Below the pieces are notes generated by a model that searched no databases, was not told where the DNA came from, and worked only from the letters and a program-made list of their open reading frames with translations. Of a DNA stretch of 64,000 nucleotides, positions 33,879-41,894 are shown piece by piece; position 1 is the stretch's first letter; every line of letters begins with the position of its first letter. This DNA comes from Arenicellales bacterium. GTDB taxonomy: Bacteria > Pseudomonadota > Gammaproteobacteria > Arenicellales > JAJDZL01. Where the stretch lies: assembly GCA_965214875.1 (NCBI GenBank), contig OZ243980.1:1231572-1295571 (forward strand), read 5' to 3'. The position numbers and the translations under genes were made by a program.

Positions 33879-34167
33879 ATATGAGGGGCTACTTCCGGGT
33901 GCGAGTCTGGGGCAAGGTGTGTCACGCGAGCACTTCCAATGTCCAAAGATGCTGGAACTTGAAGAATCCAGAGCCGCCCCAGGGCTTTGTTGCCATTACC
34001 AATTTTGACGGCTACGGGGCCACCTTCCGTCCCGAACCCCACTGCGGGCCGGCCCGATGGCTGTCGCCGGCGTGGCAGGCCGCGGGCGGGCCGCCCTATG
34101 CCGAATGGTGTGATATCACGGTCGATTTGGGTAACCGCTGACCGCGGCCAGACAATCCCACACCCAC

Positions 34168-34177
34168 GGGGGGGGGG
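34168..34177. repeat. G10 homopolymer
   Basis: Counted directly: cacccac-GGGGGGGGGG-caacg. Confidence 0.9.
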
Positions 34178-34238
34178 CAACGCGGCCAGGCCTCAAGTCC
34201 AACGGGATGAGGCGGTAGTAGCAGTAGTAGGGGATGGA

Positions 34239-34406
34239 TTAGCCTGTGATGGCGGGGACGCTCGGCCACCGGATGATGATGCCGAGAATGACGACCGCCG
34301 CCACCCACAGCCCGATCTGCCAGCGCAGGTTGTCCTTGTCGCGCTTGGCCATCTCGGCATCCCGCCTGGCCATGTCGGCCAGCAGTCGTTCATACGATGT
34401 ATTCAT
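34239..34406 (-). CDS. Small coiled-coil + single-TM protein (paralog of 37289-37513)
   Basis: MNTSYERLLADMARRDAEMAKRDKDNLRWQIGLWVAAVVILGIIIRWP... shares the RRDA-MAKRDKDNLRW + hydrophobic helix layout with the other copy. The ORF-track start at 34517 lies inside the IS481 end, so the ATG at 34406 is preferred. Confidence 0.5.
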   Translation of the reverse strand: MNTSYERLLADMARRDAEMAKRDKDNLRWQIGLWVAAVVILGIIIRWPSVPAITG

Positions 34407-34532
34407 TCGCTCACTCCAGAACGGCGATCCGTTCCGATAGTTCGTGGTTTGTAGGTTCTGCCATGCTCCTATCCTATCCGATCGTTGCCGGGGTTGCAAG
34501 TCCATGTACTGGTTCAATACATATGAGACTTT

Positions 34533-35554
34533 TCAGGCGGCAAGTGCGCCTTGGTCGAAGTTTTCATTATACGCCTGCATGGGCGTTGTTTGCCCGAGCG
34601 CCTGATGCGGGCGGTAGTCGTTGTAGAAGCGCTCGAATTCGGCCAGCTCGACGTTCAGGGCGCCGACGCTGAGCTCGCCGTCGCAGGACTGGTGGAACTC
34701 GTAGCGGCCGGCCGCGTTGGCGCGCTCCACGCAGCCGTTATATTTAGGGCTTCTGGGCGGCAGGACGAACAGTTCGATGCCGCGGCGCTGGCAGGCGGTC
34801 TCGAACTCGGCCATGAACTCGCTGCCGCCGTCGACCTGCGCCGACTCGATATCGAACGGCGCCTGGCGGATCAGGCGGCCGAGGAACGTCGAGGCGCAGG
34901 CGGCGGTGGCGCGCGAGTAGGCGCGCATGCAGCAAAGCTTCGAGACCGGGCACACCGCCTTGAACTCCTTGACGCAGAAGCCGGCCTCGATGGCGACGCT
35001 CATGTGGTCGATCTGCACCATCTGGCCGGGCTTTCGCCCGCGGGCGCCGTAGCGCCAGCGGCGGGCGTGGCGGTCGAACTTGCGCCGCCGCTTGGGTTTC
35101 ACGCGCCCGTAATGGAACGCGACCGGCTCGGCCTGGCCGGTGCGGACCAGGCGGGCGATCATGCGCCCGGTGGCGGACTCGCTGGGCGCGAAGCCGCGCT
35201 CGCGCGCCAGCACGGCGCGGATCTTGGCGCGCCCCCACAGCGGGAAGCGCTGCCGCGCCTGGCGCACCAGCTCGAGCTCGCGGTCGGTCCATTGGCGCGG
35301 ACGCCCTGCTCGCGCAGGCGCCGCTTCCAGCGATACAGCGTCGCCCTGGAGCAGCCGGCCGCTTTGAGCGCGGCGCGTTCCGAGGCGCCTTCGCTGCGAA
35401 GCTCGTCGTAGAGCCGGATCAGGTCGAAGCGCTCGGCGGCCTGGGTCGAAACGGGTTCGCGGATCGGATCGATGCGATAAAATTTGCGGTGCGGAGATTT
35501 GATTTGCATGGTGCGTCCTCCCGCCTTTCGGCGATGGTTTTTGTTTGGCTCCAT
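34533..35554 (-). pseudogene. IS481-type DDE (rve) transposase, frame broken near 35270-35290
   Basis: The N-terminal HTH frame is ...AALKAAGCSRATLYRWKRRLREQGVRA. The C-terminal frame is QWTDRELELVRQARQRFPLWGRAKI...VQIDHMSV...AQVDGGSEF...PRSPKYNGCVERAN...YRPHQALG. The segment usually linking the two appears deleted. Confidence 0.8.
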
Positions 35555-35575
35555 GCTACCTGAAAAATTTTCGCG

Positions 35576-35624
35576 CCGCCCGCCTCCTCCCTTCGGACTA
35601 CGTCCTTCGGGAGGAGGCGGGCGG
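35576..35624. repeat. 16-bp perfect stem hairpin inside the IS481 leader
   Basis: CCGCCCGCCTCCTCCC (35576-35591) pairs with GGGAGGAGGCGGGCGG (35609-35624). An inner GGAC/GTCC extension adds to the stem. Lies between the IS end and the transposase start codon. Confidence 0.85.
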
Positions 35625-35654
35625 TCTCACATGTATCTGAACCCGGACAGTCCA

Positions 35655-37175
35655 CCCAAAATCCGCGTTAGAGATTTTTTTTGGGGCGGATTTTGCCGAA
35701 ATCCGGGGCGCGGAGAGATTTTGGCGTTCGCCGCGGCGATGCCGGGCGGGTTTGCGGACGGGACGCGGCCGAAAAGGGCGGAGGAGCGGAACCGGGGCGA
35801 AAGATCAATGACAGTCCGCAACGCGCCGGGATGCAACCGGTTTTTTTGTCGTGCGCGCGATGCTTTTTTTTGCGTTTCCGGCGGCTACGGCGCCAGGGCC
35901 ATCGCCCGGATCATGCCGACCGCGCGTCGCACAGCTTCAAGGCCCGCCCTCTGGCATGGCGCACGATCTTGCCGGCCCTGCAGCAGGGCCGGCGGCGAAA
36001 GGTCTCGATGCGCATCGACTCGCAGCTCGCATCCAGCGCCTGGCGCATCGGCGCGAACAGGTTGAACGCGAGCATGCGCAGCGCGGAATGCAGCGCGTTG
36101 GCAGCGAAGTCGCTGCACGGGGGATGCGCCGCGCCGAAGCCGCTGCGAAGCTCGCGGATGCGGTTCTCCGAGTCTTCCCCCCTGCGGTTGCATCAGCGGA
36201 ACGCCCGCGAGTCGCTCCGCCGGTAGAAGCTCGTCGCCAAGGCCCGGTAGATGTAGCCGCCCTGCGACAGGGTGTCGCCGGCCTGCGGGCAATCGAGCTC
36301 GAGCTCCTGCTGGCCGGATTTTCTAAGCCGCTGCACCACCGCCGCGAACGCTTCGGGCGTGTCGTTCATCGAGTGCAGGAACCGCGCCGTCTGCTGCGCC
36401 AGGCTCGCCGTCCCGTCGCGCTCGATGAAGGGCTGCCACCGCGACTCGTCCAGCGCCCTGATCTGCTCGGCCACGCTCGCGTCGAGCCTGGCGCGGATCG
36501 CGTAGCCGATTCCCCGGCTCGTGAAGTGGTTGATGATCCTCGCCTGGTAGCCGGCCGCGTCGATGCGGGCGCGATGCGCCTCGGCGCCCTTGGGCAGGGC
36601 GCGCTCGCACTGGCGGACGAACTCGAAGTTGCGCGCGTTCGGCGAGACCGGGCCGCCCCGAAACTCCGCACCCGCCGCCATGCCGGTCTCGGCGATGTGG
36701 CCGACGATCGGCATGCAGCCCCGCTCCTTCTTGCATGCGGACTCCGCCGAAGACTTCTCGCAGCGCCGCGGTCGCGTCGATGTCCAGGGCCGCCCTTTTC
36801 CGATGGTGCAGCGCGACCGCCAGCAGCCGGCGGTCCGCCAGCGTCAGGGCATGCAGCGTGCGCCGCTCCGCTCCGCTGCGCCCGGATGCCGCGAGCCCTC
36901 GCGCATCATCAGCATGAACGTCGCCGGTTGTGCCCCCGGCATCAGCCGCTCGAAATGGGTGTCGAGCCCCAGCTTGCGGATCAGCTCGGCCAGCGCCGCC
37001 AGGCCGCTTCGCGAAGCCGATTTGTCTTTCGTGGTCGAAATCTTGCAGGATCGGATGTCCATAAAGCCTTGCTCCGATCGGGTTCACCCAACGGGTGAAA
37101 TGTGATTTTGTTAAAAACCCGCATTATGCAAGGCTTTATCCCCTTTTGCAGCCACCCTAACGCGATTTTAAGGGG
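35655..37175 (-). mobile_element. IS1380-family element with multiply frameshifted transposase
   Basis: Ends CCCAAAATCCGCGTTAGAG (35655-) and CTAACGCGATTTTAAGGGG (-37175) form imperfect inverted repeats. Minus-strand peptides in three frames: MDIRSCKISTTKDKSASRSGLAALAELIRKLGLD..., ...IDAAGYQARIINHFTSRGIGYAIRARL..., ...DFAANALHSALRMLAFNLFAPMRQ...CESMRIETFRRR...GKIVRHARG. Confidence 0.7.
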
Positions 37176-37288
37176 ATTGAAAAACCGGCTGACGATCGCA
37201 TAGAATGGGGACATGGAAGAATCCGCGAGTCACGAACAGGCAAAAGACCTTGCCGAGTTGAAGAAACAGCACGCCGTGCGAGGAACGA

Positions 37289-37513
37289 ATGAAGACACTG
37301 CAGTCCGACCTTCAGGAAACGCTCGAGCGTTTCCGGGCCGACATGGCCAGGCGGGATGCCGACATGGCTAGGCGGGATACCGACACGGCCAAGCGGGACA
37401 AGGACAACCTGCGCTGGACGGTCGGATTCGGAATCGCCCAGATCGCGATAACGATAGCCATCCTGGGCGCGGGCTTTGCGTTCCTGGCCCTGGTCGGGAT
37501 CCCGACCAGGTAA
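37289..37513 (+). CDS. Small coiled-coil + TM protein (paralog of 34239-34406)
   Basis: MKTLQSDLQETLERFRADMARRDADMARRDTDTAKRDKDNLRWTVGFGIAQIAITIAILGAGFAFLALVGIPTR. Contains three tandem 7-aa/21-bp units. Confidence 0.5.
   Translation: MKTLQSDLQETLERFRADMARRDADMARRDTDTAKRDKDNLRWTVGFGIAQIAITIAILGAGFAFLALVGIPTR
37340..37402 (+). repeat. 3 x 21-bp in-frame tandem repeat
   Basis: GACATGGCCAGGCGGGATGCC / GACATGGCTAGGCGGGATACC / GACACGGCCAAGCGGGACAAG. The paralog at 34239-34406 has only two units. Confidence 0.85.
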
Positions 37514-37595
37514 TTTTCTAGGATGGACGAATCGACAGGCAACCCAGGTTTTTCCCACGCTATTGCATATTTGCCCGGAGCGGCGGCGGGATTGC

Positions 37596-38266
37596 CTACC
37601 GGGTCTGGAAAATGGGAGTGTCGGCAGAGCTTCGAGACCAGCAAGGCGTAGGATTTAGGGATTGGGCGGGATCGGCGAGCAGCGCCGCTTCGCATCTGCG
37701 CGCCTTTTCGCCGTCGGAGTCGATTCGCTCGAGCTGCCTCGGCTGCGCCGGCAGATCGCCGCCGCGCCTCAGAATCCGCCTCGCATCGCGCCGCAGCGCC
37801 TCGGCCAGCACCCGCTTTTTGCGGCCATAGCGCGCACTGCATTTCCCGCCCTTGCGCGAGCGGCCCGCCCGCGAACTGCATGCGCCCGCGATGGCGCGAA
37901 CCGTCCGCGAATGTCTCCGCAAGAACCGGCGGACGACCGAACGCCCCGCCTCGCGAAGCGCGCGCCGTTCGCGACTGGATAAAGCCGTCGCCACTGCTGC
38001 TCCGGCGTCCAGCCGACCCAGGCGTCGCGCGACTCCGGCTTCAGCGTGCCCACCTGCCACCCGCTCAGGCACAGCCGCCGTCCGTCGCGCTCGACAACAT
38101 AGCGCAAGCCGCGCCCCGCGAAGCACTGGAAGCCGAGCTCGCGGCGTCGCGCCATCAGCTCGTCCCGCAGGCCGTATTCGCCGGGCCGCGCAAGACCCGA
38201 CGACACCTCTCCGGAGCGAATGCCGCGCCGGCGCTGCGGATGCTGTCTGCATACCGCAAGTCCCAT
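37596..38266 (-). pseudogene. DUF4338-family gene remnant (frameshifted/deleted)
   Basis: MGLAVCRQ...LRDELMARRRELGFQCFAGRGLRYVVERDGRRLCLSGWQVGTLKPESRDAWVGWTPEQQWRRL, then frame changes, with ...AETFADGSRHRG... and ...RKKRVLAEALRRDARRIL in other frames. Confidence 0.6.
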
Positions 38267-38274
38267 GGGCGCAT
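38267..38274. repeat. Target-site duplication GGGCGCAT (left copy)
   Basis: Identical 8-mer directly abutting both inverted repeats of the nested IS. Confidence 0.8.
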
Positions 38275-40764
38275 ACAATGGCATTCTGACAAGAGGCGAC
38301 GTTTTCTAGCGGACGCAAGCTTTTGACAATGCGGGAAAGGAGGGCCGGCCCGGACCTTTTCGCCGAGGGGGTCGGCAATTGCCTCGGCATATTCGATAAT
38401 AGATTGCTCGAACGCTTGCGCGTGCTGCGCGGGCGGATGCAAGCGAGGGGATTCGAAGATGGACGAGAGCATTGCGAAGTTGAAGCTGGGCACGTTTTGC
38501 GGGCGGCGCGCCGCACGCCGGCAGCTGGCCGAGGCCGAGCGCGCGGTGGAGCTGTTTCCGGCGCTGAGCCGCAAGGAGCTGGCTCGGACGGTGTGCGAGC
38601 ATCCGGACTGGCGCGCCGGTTCCGGCGAGGACAGCGTGCATGCGGGCTTGAAGCTGCTCGAGACGCTCGAGTCGCAGGGTGTTCCGGCGCTGCCGGCGAA
38701 GCGGCATGAAAGGAAGCTGCGCGGCGCGCTCAGGGCGCCGGACAGGACTGCGGCCGGCGAGCCGGGCGAGCGGCTCGAGTGCGGCTTGTCCGAACTGGGC
38801 GGGGTGTCGCTGGAGGCGGCGCAGTCCGAAGGCGGCCGGGCGCTGTCCGACGAGCTGGCGGACCGCTGCCGCGAGCCGGGGCATGCCGGCCGGCGGGCTG
38901 CCATCTGAGCTGCTTCATCGTCGCCGGCGATGGCCGGCGGCTGGGATGCCTGCTGTTCCAGCGCGCCTCGAACAGGCTTCGGCGCCGCGACGAGTGGATC
39001 GGCTGGGACGGCCGGCGGTTCAACCGGCGGCTGGAGCGGGTGGTCTGCAACTCGAGGTTCCTGATCCTGCCGCGGGTGCGGGCGGAGAATCTGGCGAGCC
39101 ATGCGCTGTCGCTGTCGGCGGCGCGGCTGGCGGACGACTGGCAGGCGCGCCCGGCGCTGGTCGAGACGTTCGTGGACGGGCGGATCCGCGAGGGCGCGAG
39201 CTGCCGCGCCGCGGGCTGGGAGCATGCCGGCCGCAGCGCGGGCGACCGCAGCAAGGGCAAGGCGCCCAAGGACGTGTATCTGAAGGCGCTGCAGGCCGAT
39301 GCGAGAGCGGTCCTGCGCCGCGAGCGGCGCACGCGCAAGAAAAAGGCCGCGGCGCTCGCGCAGGCGGCGGCCGACGGGCGGTTCGTCGCGCTGTGGCGCG
39401 ACTTTGTCGGCATCGTGGCCGAGACGGCCGAGGCCCGCGATGCCGGCTGGCGGGTGCGGCGGCGCACGATCGGCACGCTGCTGGCGGCGCTGTTCGTGTT
39501 CCGGCCGGCGTTCTCGCGCAGACGCCGGAGCTGCCGGGTCGCGCCCGGCGAGCTGCGGGACCAGTGCCGCCTGCTCGGCGCGCCGCTGCCGCAGGAGCAT
39601 CCGGTGGCGGCCTCGGCGATGTGCGCGGCGCGGATGAAAGTCGGCGCGGAGGCGTTCGCCGAATGCCGCCGCCGGATCGCCGGGCGCCTGGGCGACGAGC
39701 AGGTCGAGCGCTGGCGCGGCCGGTGGCTGTTCGCGGTCGACGGCGCCAAGATCAGCGTGCCGCGCGAGCTGCTCGAGGACGGCTGCAGCCTGCCGAGTCC
39801 GGGCGCCCGCTGCCCGCAGGGCCTGTGCAGCTGCCTGCAGCGCCCGGACGACCGCATGCCGATCGACTTCGAGCTTTCGGCGCGCCTTTGCGAGCGCAGC
39901 CTGGCGGCGACGCATCTGCCGCGCCTGAGCGCCGGCGATGTCGCGGCCTGCGACCGCGGCTGCTGCCCGTTCGAGCTCCTATGGGACCATGTCCGCCGGA
40001 ATGTCGACTGCGCGAACCGCCTGCAGCGCAGCAGCGCGGCGCAGTTCGAGCGGTTCATCGAAAGCGGCGAAAGCGAGTGCATCGCGCGGGCGCTTCCAGG
40101 CAAGGATGCCCGGCGCAAATGGCGCCGGTCGCATCCGGGCGAGCCGCCGCCGCAGCCGGTCGCGGCGCGATGCGCGCGCATCGAGACCGGCGGCGAGGAT
40201 TTCTTCATCGCCGCCACGCCGGCCGATGCCGAGCGGCTGCCGCTGCCGGCGATCGGCGACATCTGCCGCGGGCGCCGGGGCATCGAGGAGCTTTGCAAAG
40301 TGTCCAAGCAGCTGGCCGAGGTCGAGCAGTTCCACGCCCGCACCGGGCGCGGGGTCCGCCAGGAGCTGTTCGCCCATTCCGCGATCGTCGCGCCGGCGCG
40401 CTCGCTCGGCAACTTCGCCGAGCAGGCGGTCGGCGCCTGCGCGGACGACGGCGCCGCCGTGCAGGCGAACTTCAAAAATGCGCCGGCGACCGTCGCCCGG
40501 CAGCTCGAGGCGGCCGTGCTCGGGCATGCGCGGCTGGCCGCCGAAGCGGTCTCGAATATGGTCGAGGGCATCGCCTCTTGCACCGGCAAGACGCGGCCCG
40601 GACGGTCGCATCCGAGAGTGTCGAAGCGCCCCGACGACCGCTTCCGCAACCCGAACCGCAAATCAGGCAAGGCGGCGCTGCCGGCAGCATGGCGGCGGGG
40701 CGGCCGGCGGAGCGGTGCGCCTTCTTAAGTGAATGCACCCTTTTCCTTAAGTGAATGCCATTGT
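38275..40764 (+). mobile_element. IS4-like insertion sequence (2,490 bp) encoding a DUF4338::DDE transposase
   Basis: Perfect 12-bp terminal inverted repeats ACAATGGCATTC (38275-38286) and GAATGCCATTGT (40753-40764). 8-bp TSD GGGCGCAT on both sides. Confidence 0.8.
38459..40728 (+). pseudogene. DUF4338 (DruA-like) N-terminal module fused to an IS4-type DDE transposase; one frame change between about 38880 and 38908
   Basis: Frame A (38459-38908) reads ...FPALSRKELARTVCEHPDW...LETLESQGVPALPAKR.... Frame B continues ...CHLSCFIVAGDGRRLGCLLF...RDEWIGWD...NSRFLILPRVRAENLASHALSL...LVETFVDG...WLFAVDGAKISVP...VAACDRGCCPFELL...RRGIEELCKVSKQ.... Confidence 0.75.
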
Positions 40765-40772
40765 GGGCGCAT
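40765..40772. repeat. Target-site duplication GGGCGCAT (right copy)
   Basis: See 38267-38274. Confidence 0.8.
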
Positions 40773-41065
40773 ATCCTGCGCCATCGCAACGAAAAAAGCC
40801 GGTCCCGCACGCAAGCCGATGATCGAAAACGATCATTCGAATGATTGCAATTAGCGTGGGAAAACCCTGGCCCGTGATGTGTCGCGGCTTGTTGTTGAAG
40901 TATAATTGCGTCGTAAACTACCGTAAGCAAGCTAACTTCGGCGCGTCTCCTTTGCAGTTTCCGTTTGCCGAATGATTGACTATTGTGCATACGGTTTGCG
41001 CTTAAGCAACAAATTCAGCGCTTCGATCACAAAAATTTCCGACAGTTCAGCCGCGGATGCGTTAA

Positions 41066-41863
41066 ATGGATTTCGCCCTTATTTTGTTTATCTGTGTTGC
41101 TGTAACCGGCGTTATCTGGTTGCTCGACACGCTATGGCGGTTGCTTACCAAAAACTATATAGGAGTTGGCGGACCTTCGCAGAGCAAAGCTCGGTGGATT
41201 ATCGATTATGCACGGGCATTTTTTCCGATCTTGCTGATTGTATTTTTGCTTCGCTCGTTTGTCATAGAACCGTTCCGCATCCCATCAGGCTCAATGTTGC
41301 CGACACTGCAAAATGGCGACTTCATACTGGTAAACAAGTATCGATACGGGCTTCGAATACCATTGACGAACGCAGTAGCATTTGAGATTGGCAGTCCGCA
41401 AAGAGGCGATGTCATGGTGTTCCAATACCCGCATGATGAATCTGTAAACTTCATCAAGCGCGTAGTCGGGCTGCCTGGCGACAATGTCATCTACGACAAT
41501 AAGCAGCTTGTTATCAATGGCGAGCCAATCGCTCAGCAAATCGTCGACGAGTCATCGCTCGTTACCCCTCAACAGCGTTCGATTCCCGTTGCAGTGCTTC
41601 ATGAAAACCTGGGCGAGGCCCCTCATCTCATTCAGATAAACGAGGAAAAAAGCACTCGCACTGATTTTCGAATGAATTTCACGGTGCCGCCAGATCATTA
41701 TTTCGTTTTAGGCGACAATCGAGACTATAGCAACGACAGTCGCTTTTGGGGATTTGTGCCGGACGACAACATTATCGGTCAAGCTTTTCTCATCTGGTTC
41801 AGTTGGGATGTGGCCGGCGGTAGCGGCATTAACTGGAATAGAATCGCAGAGGCGATCGAATAG
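41066..41863 (+). CDS. lepB: Signal peptidase I
   Basis: FRIPSGSMLPTLQNGDFILVNKYRYG, FIKRVVGLPGD, VLGDNRDYSNDSRFWGFVP. Confidence 0.93.
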   Translation: MDFALILFICVAVTGVIWLLDTLWRLLTKNYIGVGGPSQSKARWIIDYARAFFPILLIVFLLRSFVIEPFRIPSGSMLPTLQNGDFILVNKYRYGLRIPLTNAVAFEIGSPQRGDVMVFQYPHDESVNFIKRVVGLPGDNVIYDNKQLVINGEPIAQQIVDESSLVTPQQRSIPVAVLHENLGEAPHLIQINEEKSTRTDFRMNFTVPPDHYFVLGDNRDYSNDSRFWGFVPDDNIIGQAFLIWFSWDVAGGSGINWNRIAEAIE

Positions 41864-41894
41864 TTGTGCTGTGGCGCATTGCCGTAACCGCTAA

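Larger units (their letters stand above)
34505..35649 (-). mobile_element. IS481-family insertion sequence (~1.15 kb), transposase disrupted
   Basis: Imperfect terminal inverted repeats TGTACTGGTTCAATACATATGAGAC (34505-) and GTCTCACATGTATCTGAACCCGGACA (-35649). Flanked by GTCCA on both sides (34500-34504 and 35650-35654), a likely 5-bp TSD. Confidence 0.85.
37544..40870. mobile_element. Inverted-repeat-bounded outer element (about 0.83 kb without its nested IS) carrying a decayed DUF4338 gene
   Basis: CCAGGTTTTTCCCACGCTATTGCA (37544-) against the reverse complement of 40841-40870, CCAGGGTTTTCCCACGCTAATTGCA: about 23 of 25 positions match. The right end coincides with the return to backbone G+C. 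Confidence 0.5.

Noticed and set aside
33389-37098. Large ORFs across island 3 (33389-34180 minus, 263 aa; 35851-37098 plus, 415 aa; 36323-37087 minus as a single protein)
   Set aside because: They run across IS boundaries or antisense to recognisable transposase peptides, and no motifs are present. I treat them as read-through in G+C-rich pseudogene DNA.
37596-40728. Two DUF4338 (DruA-like) genes as evidence of a Druantia defence system
   Set aside because: No DruB-E-type partners or large helicase (DUF1998-type) gene occur anywhere nearby. One copy is fused to a DDE transposase inside an IS with a TSD, and the other is a decayed fragment. This is a mobile-element context, not a defence operon.
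38155-40754. Very long overlapping ORFs in other frames and on the other strand (38155-39915 minus, 586 aa; 38730-40670 minus, 646 aa; 38679-40754 plus, 691 aa; 39938-40732 plus)
   Set aside because: They are Arg/Ala/Pro/Gly-rich, low-complexity translations typical of stop-codon-poor G+C-rich DNA. Only the 38459/38779 + frames show recognisable domain motifs.
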